Shown here: positions 34,800 through 44,558 of the stretch, in pieces
How positions within the stretch are numbered: the stretch's first letter is position 1
How the letters are laid out: every line of letters begins with the position of its first letter
DNA from: Candidatus Saccharimonadia bacterium
Lineage (GTDB): Bacteria > Patescibacteriota > Saccharimonadia > CAILAD01 > BJGX01
Length of the DNA: 50,358 nucleotides
Assembly: GCA_039738615.1 (NCBI GenBank)
Contig: JBCLLP010000002.1
Location: forward strand, 1-50,358
Direction of reading: 5' to 3'
Notes under the pieces: model-generated
Database searches by the model: none
What the model was told of the DNA's origin: nothing
What the model saw: only the letters and a program-made list of their open reading frames with translations
Translations under genes and position numbers: made by a program

Positions 34800-36599
34800 A
34801 TGATATTATCGGCCGATACAGAACGCAAAATTGAACAGATAATTGCTCAGCAGGGAATACTTACAGCTGATAATTTAGAGCTTGCCAAGCTTGATGCCCT
34901 AAAGCAAAATGTAAGCCTACTTCAGCTATTGGTAAGCCGAGGTACTCTTAAAGAAGACGATGCTACTAAGCTTATGGCAATGAGCTCTAATATTCCTTAT
35001 GTAGATTTAACAAAGATATCTATTCCTAGCTCAACACTAGCTATCATCCCCCGCGATATAGCTGAATCATTTATGTCTGTTGCTTTTGGCTTAGTAGATG
35101 GCAAGCTTAATGTGGCTAGCCTGGACCCTCAAAACCTTCAAGCAGTTGATTTTTTATCCCGTAAAACAGGCTATACCATTAACGCCTATATGGCATCTAA
35201 GAGCCAAATAGAAAAATGGATATCAAGCTACACCTCTAATTTAGCAGAAGATGTAGAGCAAGCCTTGGGTGTTGACGAAGAAAAAACCGAAGAAAAGCAT
35301 AACTTTATCATAGATTTTAATAAGCCTAAAAAGAATAACCCAAAAAGTATTGAAACGATTATTCAAGACGCCCCCATAACTAAAGCCCTCAACACCATAT
35401 TTGAATACGCAATCGGCTCTAAAGCCTCCGATATACATATTGAGCCACAAGAAAAATCAGTCAAAATTAGATTTAGGGTAGATGGCTTACTGCGGGAAGT
35501 TATGAGCTTACCTAAAGTCACTGAGGCGGCTTTAGTATCTAGGATTAAGATTTTATCTAATCTAAAAATAGATGAGCACCGTATACCTCAAGATGGGCAG
35601 GCGCAGTACCGCACATCTGGCAAGGAAGTAGATATGCGTATTACTATTGCTCCCATATCCTATGGCGAACAAATTGTAATTAGGCTTCTGGATAAGTCCG
35701 AGGGCATATTTGACATTGATGCCTTGGGTTTCAGGGGTAGGTCGGCTAGACTCCTTAAGAAAGCCATTACTAAGCCCTATGGAATGATACTTTCTACTGG
35801 CCCAACAGGCTCGGGTAAGTCCACCACCCTCTATGCTATTATCCAGAGCATTAAAAACAGTCAAATCAACATAGTAACACTAGAGGACCCTGTAGAGTAC
35901 CAGATGCCTGGTATTAATCAAATGCAAGTTAATAATGCCGTGGGCCTGACTTTTGCTAATGGACTTCGTTCGATACTACGCCAAGACCCTAATGTGATAA
36001 TGGTTGGTGAGATTCGTGATCACGAAACTGCCGATTTGGCTGTGCAGTCTTCTCTTACGGGTCACTTAGTACTCTCCACTTTACACACCAACTCTGCGGC
36101 TGGGGTATTGCCCAGACTCTTAGATATGGGCATAGAGCCCTTCCTAATTGCCTCTACGATCAATGTAGTTATGGGTCAAAGGTTAGTCCGTAAGGTTTGT
36201 GAAAAATGTCGGAAGCCATTTCAGTCTAGCGAAGCTGCAACTATAATGATAAATAAGCAAATAGGGCATTTACTGCCTCAAACAGAACAAGAAATAAAAA
36301 AAGTTTCAGATGACTTTGGCTTTGATAGCTTGCCAATCTTTAGTCAAAAAGCTTATACTTTGTATGAGGGGGAAGGATGTAGTGATTGCACCGATGGCTA
36401 TAAGGGTAGAGTCGGCATATACGAGATATTTGAGCTTAATAAACAAATAGAACAATTACTATTAAAACAAGCCACATCTAGTATTATTCAGCATCAGGCA
36501 CAGCAGGACGGTATGCTCACCATGCAGCAAGATGGCTTGATGAAAGTGCTTATAGGTATTACTACTATTAAAGAAGTAGCAAGGGTATCGGCGGATTAA
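34800..36599 (+). CDS. pilB: Type IV pilus extension ATPase PilB (GspE family)
   Basis: N-terminal GspE_N-like domain, Walker A (STGPTGSGKSTTLY), Asp box, Walker B (IMVGEIRD), His box (GHLVLSTLHTN), and a tetra-Cys motif (CEKC...CSDC). Confidence 0.92.
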   Translation: MILSADTERKIEQIIAQQGILTADNLELAKLDALKQNVSLLQLLVSRGTLKEDDATKLMAMSSNIPYVDLTKISIPSSTLAIIPRDIAESFMSVAFGLVDGKLNVASLDPQNLQAVDFLSRKTGYTINAYMASKSQIEKWISSYTSNLAEDVEQALGVDEEKTEEKHNFIIDFNKPKKNNPKSIETIIQDAPITKALNTIFEYAIGSKASDIHIEPQEKSVKIRFRVDGLLREVMSLPKVTEAALVSRIKILSNLKIDEHRIPQDGQAQYRTSGKEVDMRITIAPISYGEQIVIRLLDKSEGIFDIDALGFRGRSARLLKKAITKPYGMILSTGPTGSGKSTTLYAIIQSIKNSQINIVTLEDPVEYQMPGINQMQVNNAVGLTFANGLRSILRQDPNVIMVGEIRDHETADLAVQSSLTGHLVLSTLHTNSAAGVLPRLLDMGIEPFLIASTINVVMGQRLVRKVCEKCRKPFQSSEAATIMINKQIGHLLPQTEQEIKKVSDDFGFDSLPIFSQKAYTLYEGEGCSDCTDGYKGRVGIYEIFELNKQIEQLLLKQATSSIIQHQAQQDGMLTMQQDGLMKVLIGITTIKEVARVSAD

Positions 36600-36603
36600 C
36601 AAT

Positions 36604-37686
36604 ATGGAACCAACCAACCAACCAACTACCATTAAAATAGAACCATTGCTAGAGGAAATGCTCAGGCGGGACGCGTCGGACCTTCATTTACAGGTTGGCT
36701 TGCCAGCAATGTTGCGGATAGATGGATCACTAACCAAGGTTGAAAAACCCCTAGAGCTTAAGCCAGCCGACATCGAAGCCTTGGTGGAGAGCATTTTAGA
36801 TGAGCAGCAAAAGCAATTATTAACAACCAACCTAGAGCTAGACTTTTCTTTTGCTTATGGAGATTTGGCTAGGTTTAGAGTCAACGCTTTCCACGAGAAG
36901 GGTAACTTGGCAGTTGCCTTGCGGCTTATCCCCACCAAAATACGCAACATCAAGGAGTTAGGATTACCCAAAATCATAAACTCATTTACAGATTATCCTA
37001 GAGGTTTAGTGCTAGTCACCGGGCCCACAGGCTCTGGCAAATCCACTACTCAGGCGGCTATGGTAGATAAGATAAACACCGAAAAGGCCCTACACATCAT
37101 TACCATTGAAGATCCCATAGAGTATCAGCACTATCACAAGCAATCCATTATAGTACAGCGTGAAGTGCATTTTGATACACTTAGCTTTGGTTCAGGCTTG
37201 CGTTCGGCCTTGCGCGAGGATCCTGATGTAATACTGATAGGTGAGATGCGCGATTTAGAAACAATCGCCACCGCCGTTACCCTGGCAGAGACTGGCCACC
37301 TAGTTATGGCTACCCTACACACTAATTCAGCCTCACAATCCATTGATCGTATGATAGATGTGTTCCCACCTCACCAGCAACAACAAATCCGTATTCAGCT
37401 TAGTAATGTCTTGCAGGCTATTGTTAGCCAGCGCCTGATACCTATGGTTGGTGGTGGTAGAGTGGTAGCAACCGAGATATTAGTGGTTAATTCTGCAGTA
37501 CGCAATATTATTCGTGAATCCAAAACTCACCAGATAGATGCTGTTATTCAGACCAGTGCTGAAGCTGGAATGCAGACTATGGATACTACCCTAGTTAGGC
37601 TAGTGCATGCTGGCAAAATCAGCTTTGAGATTGCCAGAGGATATGCGCTAAATCTAGAAGAGTTTGAGAGATTGATGCAGAGGTAG
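36604..37686 (+). CDS. pilT: Twitching-motility retraction ATPase PilT
   Basis: ASDLHLQVGLPAMLRIDG, VTGPTGSGKSTT, ILIGEMRDLETI, GHLVMATLHTN, and the AIRNLIRE-like motif (AVRNIIRESK). 360 aa. Confidence 0.92.
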   Translation: MEPTNQPTTIKIEPLLEEMLRRDASDLHLQVGLPAMLRIDGSLTKVEKPLELKPADIEALVESILDEQQKQLLTTNLELDFSFAYGDLARFRVNAFHEKGNLAVALRLIPTKIRNIKELGLPKIINSFTDYPRGLVLVTGPTGSGKSTTQAAMVDKINTEKALHIITIEDPIEYQHYHKQSIIVQREVHFDTLSFGSGLRSALREDPDVILIGEMRDLETIATAVTLAETGHLVMATLHTNSASQSIDRMIDVFPPHQQQQIRIQLSNVLQAIVSQRLIPMVGGGRVVATEILVVNSAVRNIIRESKTHQIDAVIQTSAEAGMQTMDTTLVRLVHAGKISFEIARGYALNLEEFERLMQR

Positions 37687-37693
37687 AACCAAG

Positions 37694-38950
37694 ATGATAG
37701 ATTATATATACACCGCCAAGGAAAATGATTCTGGAGAAGTGCGTAAGGGTAGGATTAGTGCTAATAATAAAAACGCCGCAGCCGCTATTCTTATAGAAAA
37801 GTCTATGTACCCAATTAAAATCCAAGATGCCGCAGATGCCGAGCCTCTATGGAAGAAGAATTTGCTGGGTACAGGTATCAAATCCAAAGTTAAGTCGGTA
37901 TTTACGCGCCAGCTATCTACGCTAGTTAAGGCTGGGTTGCCAATAACCCAAGCCCTAGATACTGCTATTGATCAGGTAGATAGTGTTAAATTCAAATCCA
38001 TCTTACTTAAGATAGCTGCTAGTGTTCAGGGTGGATCCAGCCTAGCTAAATCTTTTGGTGAATACCCAGCTTACTTTAATCGTATCTTTATTAGTCTGGT
38101 AGATGCTGGCGAGCAGTCAGGCACACTAGATGAATCCTTACAGCGTTTGGCAGACCAGCAGGAGAAAGAGCAGCAGGTATTAAGGCAGGTGAAGGGAGCA
38201 CTGATATATCCCCTTATAGTGCTGGTTGTAATAATTCTTGTAATTGTATTTATGCTCGTTACGGTGCTACCACAGGTAGCTATTTTGTATAAGGAGCTTG
38301 GCCAAACGCTTCCTCTATTTACACAAATTCTTCTAGCCATAAGTAATGCAGCTGCGAATTATTGGTATATTGTTTTACTACTATTGTTAGCTATTGGCTT
38401 TGGTATAAGAGCTTATAGCCAGACTACTCCAGGGCGAAAAGCCATAGATAGATTGAAGATGAAGCTACCCGTTTTTGGGCTACTATTTAAGAAAGTTTAT
38501 GCTGCTAGGTTCACTCGCACCTTGAGCTCGCTAGTCAATAGTGGCGTGCCTTTGCTGCAGGCTATCACAATATCTGGCGAGTCTGTTGATAATGTGGTGG
38601 TTAAGGCAATTATCTTTGATGCTGGAGAAAAGGTCAGGGTAGGCGAATCACTATCATCGGCATTGGCCGGACACGATGAGATTATTAAGCTAGTACCACA
38701 AATGATAGCGGTAGGTGAGGAGTCTGGAACCTTGGGCACGATGCTAGAGAAAGTTGCTACATTTTTTGAGGAAGAAGTGGACCAAGCTGTCAAGAACTTA
38801 TCGGCAATGATAGAGCCATTTATGATTATATTTTTGGGAGTTACGGTAATGTTTATCGTTGTAGCCGTGCTATACCCTATATATGGTTTGGTAAATGTCG
38901 TAGGGGAGCACCCTGGAGGGGTGGGAGCCGGAACAAATATTGACAAATAA
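37694..38950 (+). CDS. pilC: Pilus platform protein PilC (GspF family)
   Basis: Two GspF-type repeats (FTRQLSTLVKAGLPITQAL / FTRTLSSLVNSGVPLLQAI) and three TM segments. Confidence 0.9.
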   Translation: MIDYIYTAKENDSGEVRKGRISANNKNAAAAILIEKSMYPIKIQDAADAEPLWKKNLLGTGIKSKVKSVFTRQLSTLVKAGLPITQALDTAIDQVDSVKFKSILLKIAASVQGGSSLAKSFGEYPAYFNRIFISLVDAGEQSGTLDESLQRLADQQEKEQQVLRQVKGALIYPLIVLVVIILVIVFMLVTVLPQVAILYKELGQTLPLFTQILLAISNAAANYWYIVLLLLLAIGFGIRAYSQTTPGRKAIDRLKMKLPVFGLLFKKVYAARFTRTLSSLVNSGVPLLQAITISGESVDNVVVKAIIFDAGEKVRVGESLSSALAGHDEIIKLVPQMIAVGEESGTLGTMLEKVATFFEEEVDQAVKNLSAMIEPFMIIFLGVTVMFIVVAVLYPIYGLVNVVGEHPGGVGAGTNIDK

Positions 38951-39038
38951 CCATTGACTACTATATTAGTAGTGTAGTATCTTAGAGCATAAGGGGAATA
39001 ATACAATAGTAATTATAAATAATAAATTAAGGAGAAGA

Positions 39039-39509
39039 ATGAAGAATAGAATTAATAAGGGCTTTACAATAATAGAAGTTATAATAGTACTAGTGATAGC
39101 TGCGATTATTATGCTGTTGGTGTTTTTGGTAGTACCACAATTGCAGCGAACAGCGCGTAATACAAGAACGCAGGGTGATGCTAGGAGAGTACTAGCTGCT
39201 GCAGAGACTTTTGCAGCTAATAATGCCGGGACTTATCCCAGCTGTAGTGTTGCTGGGCCATACAATACTGCTTGCGCAACTTTAATGGCTGTTACGGGCA
39301 ATGTACTCGCACCTAATGGTGTCAGCTATGCTGTTACTATCACCGCCGGCGTCATACCAGCCCTTAACGGTATGGTGATACTAGGTGGTGCCACCGGTTC
39401 TTGTCCTACCACTAGTAGTACTCCTGCTACTGGTTCTAGATTTGTCGTTGCTGTGGCCCAAGAAACCGCTGATGCTACTACTCAAACTTCATTCTGTTTG
39501 AGTAGTTAG
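39039..39509 (+). CDS. pilA: Major type IV pilin
   Basis: Class III signal MKNRINKG|FTIIEVIIVLVIAAIIML with Glu at +5. Strong SD AAGGAGA, C-terminal Cys pairs, and a terminator downstream. Confidence 0.85.
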   Translation: MKNRINKGFTIIEVIIVLVIAAIIMLLVFLVVPQLQRTARNTRTQGDARRVLAAAETFAANNAGTYPSCSVAGPYNTACATLMAVTGNVLAPNGVSYAVTITAGVIPALNGMVILGGATGSCPTTSSTPATGSRFVVAVAQETADATTQTSFCLSS

Positions 39510-39567
39510 CTACGAGCTTTATCTTTAGTCCTCCGCCCTATCCCCAGTAGCTACCGGCTAGGTATTA

Positions 39568-39592
39568 AAAGCCCCTCATCCAAGGGCTTTTT
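39568..39592 (+). terminator. Probable terminator after pilA
   Basis: aaaagccc-ctcatccaa-gggcttttt is a short GC core plus a T tract. Confidence 0.45.
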
Positions 39593-39613
39593 GGGTTATA
39601 GCCACTTTGGGTT

Positions 39614-39619
39614 TAATAT
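39614..39619 (+). promoter_or_regulatory. -10-like TAATAT, 6 nt before the pilD ATG (leaderless-type)
   Basis: gtTTAATATaaaactATG. Confidence 0.3.
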
Positions 39620-39625
39620 AAAACT

Positions 39626-40411
39626 ATGGAAATAACAATAATGACTATAATGTTTGGATTCTGGGGCCTAGTGCTGGGTAGCTTTATTAACGCTTGGGTA
39701 TGGCGCACCCACAAGGGCTTATCGGTGGCCAAGGGGCGCTCCAAATGCCCCAGCTGTAAGCACCCACTAGCTTGGTATGATCTAGTACCAGTTATGAGCT
39801 ATATTGTGCTGCGTGGTAAGTGTCGGTACTGTGCAGGGCCTATTAGCATTGCTTATCCGCTGGTAGAGGTAAGCACGGGGCTGTTATTTGGGCTATTATA
39901 CTGGTGCTTGGTACCGATAGGGCTCTACGGCTGGGCTCAATTTATCATTCTGCTTATTGCTAGCGTGCTACTGGTGGCTAGCTTCGTATACGATGGCTTA
40001 TATATGGAACTACCCGAAAAATATATGCTACCCGCTATAACACTCGGAATGTTATCGCTAGGGTTAAAGGCTTTGCAGGGTGGCTGGGATAGTCTTATAC
40101 CCCAGTTGGCAATGCTGGCGGTGATCGTGCTGGCCTACACCGGGCTATGGTACTTTAGCCGTGGTAAGTGGCTAGGGGCAGGGGATATTCGCTTGGTGGC
40201 TATTATGGGGCTGTTCTTGGAGCCTAAAGCACTTGTGGTGGGGCTATTTGCCTCTTATATTCTAGGCGCTGTATATGGGCTCTATGTACTTAGCAGATCA
40301 CCTATCAAGCGGGGTGTTAAGGTGCCTTTTGGGCCGTTTTTGATAATTGGATTTTATATTGGCCTGCTATATGGGCTAGCCTTGGCCAACTGGTATTTAG
40401 GATATTTATAA
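39626..40411 (+). CDS. pilD: Prepilin peptidase / N-methyltransferase PilD (A24 family)
   Basis: CPSCKHPLAWYDLVPV...GKCRYCAGPIS zinc motif, a polytopic membrane protein, and catalytic Asp regions (...YDGLYMELP..., LGAGDIRL). Confidence 0.9.
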   Translation: MEITIMTIMFGFWGLVLGSFINAWVWRTHKGLSVAKGRSKCPSCKHPLAWYDLVPVMSYIVLRGKCRYCAGPISIAYPLVEVSTGLLFGLLYWCLVPIGLYGWAQFIILLIASVLLVASFVYDGLYMELPEKYMLPAITLGMLSLGLKALQGGWDSLIPQLAMLAVIVLAYTGLWYFSRGKWLGAGDIRLVAIMGLFLEPKALVVGLFASYILGAVYGLYVLSRSPIKRGVKVPFGPFLIIGFYIGLLYGLALANWYLGYL

Positions 40412-40429
40412 AACCCCTAGTATAAGTGT

Positions 40430-40435
40430 TATAAT
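40430..40435 (+). promoter_or_regulatory. Extended -10 (TGtTATAAT), 7 nt before the minor-pilin ATG (leaderless-type)
   Basis: agTGtTATAATataatctATG. Confidence 0.4.
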
Positions 40436-40442
40436 ATAATCT

Positions 40443-41135
40443 ATGCTAAGAGGCATCAAGAACACTAGGCCCGGCCTGGCTATAATAGAAGTCATAATGG
40501 TAATGGTTATATCAGGCTTACTGTTTATTATTGCTATTGGTGTATTTAATAGCCGTAAGGGCATTGAGGCCAGTGATTCACCCCGGCAGGTAATGAGCGA
40601 GATTGCCAGAGTCCGTACCGATGCCCAGCAGGGTCTGGGGGCTACTCCTCCTCATGATACTAGCAATCTATTGGGTAAGGAAATATTTGGAGTGGCAATA
40701 CAATTTAATGGCACCAAGATGACTGTCTATAAGCTTGCTCAATCACGCACTACCCCATACTCCATCTCGGCTTATGAATCTTATGACATAGCTATGCCAT
40801 ACCAGCTCAAGTGGGATAATAACCCTAGCTATAATCTTAATAACTATGGCCCTAGCTATAATAATACTAACATATCTACTATACCAGGCTATGCTATGGG
40901 CGATCTAGTTACTCTAGTCTTTAAAAACAGGACTGGCCAGAGCTACGCCTTTACGGCACCTGGTAGTGGGATTGGTGGGGCAAGCAGTATTGCTAACTAT
41001 ACTATTATTGACAGACAGGGCAATCTCAAAATGGCTTTTTATTTGGGTAGTGCTCCTGTATCGGCAACCAAGCAGTACTATGTTAATTTTGATTTAGCCA
41101 CTCCCAACAACCAATCCCTCAAGGTGGTCAAATGA
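40443..41135 (+). CDS. Minor (pseudo)pilin
   Basis: Prepilin-type N-terminus TRPG|LAIIEVIMVMVISGLL with Glu +5. Confidence 0.7.
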   Translation: MLRGIKNTRPGLAIIEVIMVMVISGLLFIIAIGVFNSRKGIEASDSPRQVMSEIARVRTDAQQGLGATPPHDTSNLLGKEIFGVAIQFNGTKMTVYKLAQSRTTPYSISAYESYDIAMPYQLKWDNNPSYNLNNYGPSYNNTNISTIPGYAMGDLVTLVFKNRTGQSYAFTAPGSGIGGASSIANYTIIDRQGNLKMAFYLGSAPVSATKQYYVNFDLATPNNQSLKVVK

Positions 41136-41680
41136 GTATTACCAGACGGGGAGACACACTGATAGAGGTAATGTTTGCTTTTGCAATCCTTAGTGCAATT
41201 ATAGCAGTGTCGTTCTCGGGGGCTATGAATAGCTACAAAGCATCTCTATCGGCCCAGAACGAAACTCAAGCTAGCTTTGTGGCGCAATACCAGGCAGATG
41301 CACTTAAGGCCTATCGTGATTCGCTGGAGTGGAACTACGCTGAAGCTCCATCATTTTTAACTGGGTATAGCACATCCTCCCCACCCCTCCCAGCTATGGG
41401 TAGCTACATTACTACTACCCCCCCTACTCCGTTTTGTATGCAATATCAACCTTCCGGTGCATCCTGGAAAGTTATAAAAGCCGACCTCCCCGCCGCCGAC
41501 TGCAATCTTTTAGTCCAGACTCTCGCCCCCCAGCTTGGCAGCTCGGCTACCCTCGCCATTACCCTTACTGGTGATGCTACTAATGGAGTGTATGCTAGCA
41601 TTAAGGTTACTTGGCGTCCCCGTAATTCCCTCATCGATCAAAATGTTACCAATACTATATTATTAACCAAAGACCGATGA
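41132..41680 (+). CDS. Minor (pseudo)pilin
   Basis: Prepilin-type N-terminus ITRRG|DTLIEVMFAFAILSAI with Glu +5. ATGA overlap with the upstream gene. Confidence 0.7.
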   Translation: MSITRRGDTLIEVMFAFAILSAIIAVSFSGAMNSYKASLSAQNETQASFVAQYQADALKAYRDSLEWNYAEAPSFLTGYSTSSPPLPAMGSYITTTPPTPFCMQYQPSGASWKVIKADLPAADCNLLVQTLAPQLGSSATLAITLTGDATNGVYASIKVTWRPRNSLIDQNVTNTILLTKDR

Positions 41681-42306
41681 AGCTAAGAACCCACCACCAG
41701 CCCGGCTTTACCTTTGTAGAACTTCTGCTGGCAATAGTTATTATGGGAGTTATGCTTGCTATTGCTATGACTACAGTTGTGGGTATGATGCGCTTTTATG
41801 TATTTGCCAGCCATGTCAGACAGAATCAAGAAAACGGCCGTAATGTGCTAGATAGTATTGCCCGCGATATTCGCTATGGGAAGCTAATACTTCCCAGCGC
41901 TTCCGCCCCCAACAACTCTAATGTTGTATGCTCGTATAATCCTACCACTAAGACACTTATAAAATATGAGCAGTCTGGTACTACTATTGTAAAGAATGAG
42001 TACACTTATCCAGGTTCTGCTACCCCCGGCACATGCGCCACGGGCACATCAGATAATCTCACGCTCTCCACAAACTCCCCCCAGACTATCAGCCTAGACA
42101 ATATGTATATTCTCGCAGGAACCGCCGGCTTTAGGGTAACTCGCACCATTGGCTCAAGCCCATCTGCATATACAGATGTTGTGGCGGTAATTATTAAGTT
42201 TAGCTTCATCACAGGCACCCTTGATACTACTGTAGGTTGTGCCGCTAACAATATTTACTGCGGGGAGCTAGAGCTCATTACCGTTGTAAACATAAGAGGT
42301 AAATAA
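41677..42306 (+). CDS. Minor (pseudo)pilin
   Basis: Prepilin-type N-terminus HHQPG|FTFVELLLAIVIMGVML with Glu +5. ATGA overlap. Confidence 0.7.
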   Translation: MKLRTHHQPGFTFVELLLAIVIMGVMLAIAMTTVVGMMRFYVFASHVRQNQENGRNVLDSIARDIRYGKLILPSASAPNNSNVVCSYNPTTKTLIKYEQSGTTIVKNEYTYPGSATPGTCATGTSDNLTLSTNSPQTISLDNMYILAGTAGFRVTRTIGSSPSAYTDVVAVIIKFSFITGTLDTTVGCAANNIYCGELELITVVNIRGK

Positions 42307-42332
42307 AATGTTTTTAATACTTGGAAAGGTGG

Positions 42333-42338
42333 TATAAT
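42333..42338 (+). promoter_or_regulatory. -10 box TATAAT, 6 nt before the ATG at 42345 (leaderless-type)
   Basis: ggtggTATAATaaaattATG. Confidence 0.4.
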
Positions 42339-42344
42339 AAAATT

Positions 42345-43472
42345 ATGAAAATTCTTATGGGTAGAGTCATTAGTAAAAAACAAGCTGGCGTAACTTCACT
42401 GCTATTGGTGTTGGCCATAGGGCTAATCTTAACAATTATGGTAGCTGGTATATCTGCCCTTAGTATTAGGGAGCAGCAGCAAGCTCGCAAAACCGACCTA
42501 AGCTCTAGGGCCTTACAGGCTGCCGAGGCAGGAGTAAAGCTGGCCGTGGCGAAGCTTAGCGTTACCCCTACATATTCTAAGCCAGGCTGTTCTACTGTTA
42601 CTGGTGATACGACCTTTAGTGTTGATGACTCCCTCGGCGTTAACGCTAGCATTACTTGTGCTACCGTTACTAGCGCTTTTACTGGTGCCTATGAAGGCTA
42701 TTTATCGCAGGATAGAGCCATACAGGTGTTTGCTGGGCCATCTTATCCAGGTCCAGGTGGTGCTCCTGCTGGACCACCGCCTAGCTATCTTAACCTTCAG
42801 TGGCACACTCTCCAGGACGGAGTATTACCATCACCTACTACCAGCATTTTGTACCCCACAGTCACTGACCCTGACTATATTGCCGCTGCTAGCATTGAGA
42901 TGACCGTAATATATTGGCCTGGAACAGGAACAATAGGTACAGGTAGTATCAAATCAGCCACAATATTCTTCGTGCCTGGCACAATTGATAAAGGGTTTTC
43001 AGCTATGGGTGGGAGAACAACGCCAGTTGATAATAAATGCACAGGCACTACTTACAAGTGTGCCACCACTAAAGCCATAGTTAGTAGCGTAGTCCAAAAT
43101 GGATTTGATTTGAGAGGGGCGCTGGGCTTAACAACTGATGCTACTTATAACTCATATAATATGGTAATACGAATTAAGCCACGGTATAGCGACACCCATT
43201 TTAGTTTGAGCTTTTTTAATAGTGTAGGCGTGGTTGTACCTATACAAAGTACTAGTGCCCAAATAGATGTGACTGCTAAGGTAGATAACTTGTATCGGCG
43301 CGTAAAGGCCGAAAAGCTAATTTACTCGGTTGCTATAGAAAATGTACTTGACTCAGTCGTGTATACAGGCAAGGGAGATAATGATGCTACTAATTATAAT
43401 ATTTGTAAGCAAATGATTATAAATGCTAGCGACAAAGTTTTGGTGCCTACTTCGCCAGTGTGTGCCTTTTAG
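42345..43472 (+). CDS. PilX/GspK-like large minor pilin (no Glu +5)
   Basis: KKQAG|VTSLLLVLAIGLILTIMVAGISALSIREQQQARK matches the PilX N-terminal pattern. I prefer the ATG at 42345 over the TTG at 42321. Confidence 0.6.
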   Translation: MKILMGRVISKKQAGVTSLLLVLAIGLILTIMVAGISALSIREQQQARKTDLSSRALQAAEAGVKLAVAKLSVTPTYSKPGCSTVTGDTTFSVDDSLGVNASITCATVTSAFTGAYEGYLSQDRAIQVFAGPSYPGPGGAPAGPPPSYLNLQWHTLQDGVLPSPTTSILYPTVTDPDYIAAASIEMTVIYWPGTGTIGTGSIKSATIFFVPGTIDKGFSAMGGRTTPVDNKCTGTTYKCATTKAIVSSVVQNGFDLRGALGLTTDATYNSYNMVIRIKPRYSDTHFSLSFFNSVGVVVPIQSTSAQIDVTAKVDNLYRRVKAEKLIYSVAIENVLDSVVYTGKGDNDATNYNICKQMIINASDKVLVPTSPVCAF

Positions 43473-43517
43473 TTTTGTATGGGGTATAATAAAATTTATA
43501 TTAAGAGAGGGTAGAAA

Positions 43518-44558
43518 GTGGATAATCATAATCACACCAATCGTTCGGATGCTAGCCATATCACAAGTACGGCCAGGACTATTGATACCAATTCACCCCA
43601 GAAGCCACTCATGCCTAAGCGAGGCAAGCAGGGGCTTAAGATATTCGTAGTTGTACTATTGCTAGCAGGGCTAGTGGCTGGCGGGGTGTATTTATTTACA
43701 CAACGAAAGTCTAATCAGAAGAACACACTCTCTAATAAGAGTGTGTACGATGAAGCCATCAAATCTTACAATAGCTTCCCCGGTGTAAGTAATCTTTCTA
43801 CTGAGGATAGAGCAAAGCTAGATGCCGAAATACAGCCCCAGTACTTGGCCGGGTATGTTACGGGCTTTGGCCCTAATGCAAATGAGATAAGTACCGCCCC
43901 AGGTGTTATTGGCAATACTGCTGCCCCAGCTACCATAAGTGCCTATATACAAAGCATAATCAACAATAAGACTCAGCTCGCCAAGACTACTGGCTACTAC
44001 CAAGGCTATGTATTTTATTTTTGGTATGACGACGCCCCCACCGCAAGCACGGTGGAGCAAGTGCCGAATACGATCCAGCCAGCCGTAGTGCCGAATACGA
44101 TTCAGCCAGCCGTAGTAATAGCAGATAAGCAGTATGCCAGCCAAAAGGCCAAAGAGTACCAGCAGAAGTTGGCTAATGGTAGTATTACTCCTCAAAAAGC
44201 GGCCGATGAGCTTTTGCTAGATAGGCGACTGGCATTATTCGATCAGTCTAATAATTCGGGATATTTTGCTACCGCCCTGCCGCTCGGTGCTAGCGGTAGT
44301 TTGATTCATGAAATAGCCAAGCTCGCAGGCGAAACCAACCCTGGGCAAGGTGACTCTACTAATAATATGCTCAGTAATGCCAGAGGGCCTGGGCTTACAG
44401 CATTAGCCACCATCAACGCAGTGCCTGGGGGGCCGGCTAGTGGCATTAAAAAAGAAGTAGGATTTATGATGGCGTATCTAGATCTAGTGCTGAAGGGGCA
44501 GGGTTCGATAGATAGATACCAATCGGAGCTAAATATAGCCAAGGCTAAACTCCAATGA
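43518..44558 (+). CDS. Hypothetical membrane-anchored protein (copy 2, identical to 28614-29654)
   Basis: The ORF-track translation is identical, 346/346. Confidence 0.6.
   Translation: MDNHNHTNRSDASHITSTARTIDTNSPQKPLMPKRGKQGLKIFVVVLLLAGLVAGGVYLFTQRKSNQKNTLSNKSVYDEAIKSYNSFPGVSNLSTEDRAKLDAEIQPQYLAGYVTGFGPNANEISTAPGVIGNTAAPATISAYIQSIINNKTQLAKTTGYYQGYVFYFWYDDAPTASTVEQVPNTIQPAVVPNTIQPAVVIADKQYASQKAKEYQQKLANGSITPQKAADELLLDRRLALFDQSNNSGYFATALPLGASGSLIHEIAKLAGETNPGQGDSTNNMLSNARGPGLTALATINAVPGGPASGIKKEVGFMMAYLDLVLKGQGSIDRYQSELNIAKAKLQ
44061..44114 (+). repeat. 27-bp tandem duplication (copy in R2)
   Basis: Same two units as 29157-29210. Confidence 0.9.

Noticed and set aside
38497-39006. A 169-aa antisense ORF over the pilC 3' end, and many similar antisense or alternative-frame ORFs (for example 55-351, 717-962, 4920-5366, 5835-6197, 15005-15358, 19913-20275, 20819-21202, 23024-23359, 28914-29291, 42314-42652 and 47868-48206).
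   Set aside because: Each lies entirely within, or heavily overlaps, a gene with strong family-level similarity on the other strand or frame. Their translations are low-complexity or Ser/Leu/Ile-rich, with no recognisable motifs.
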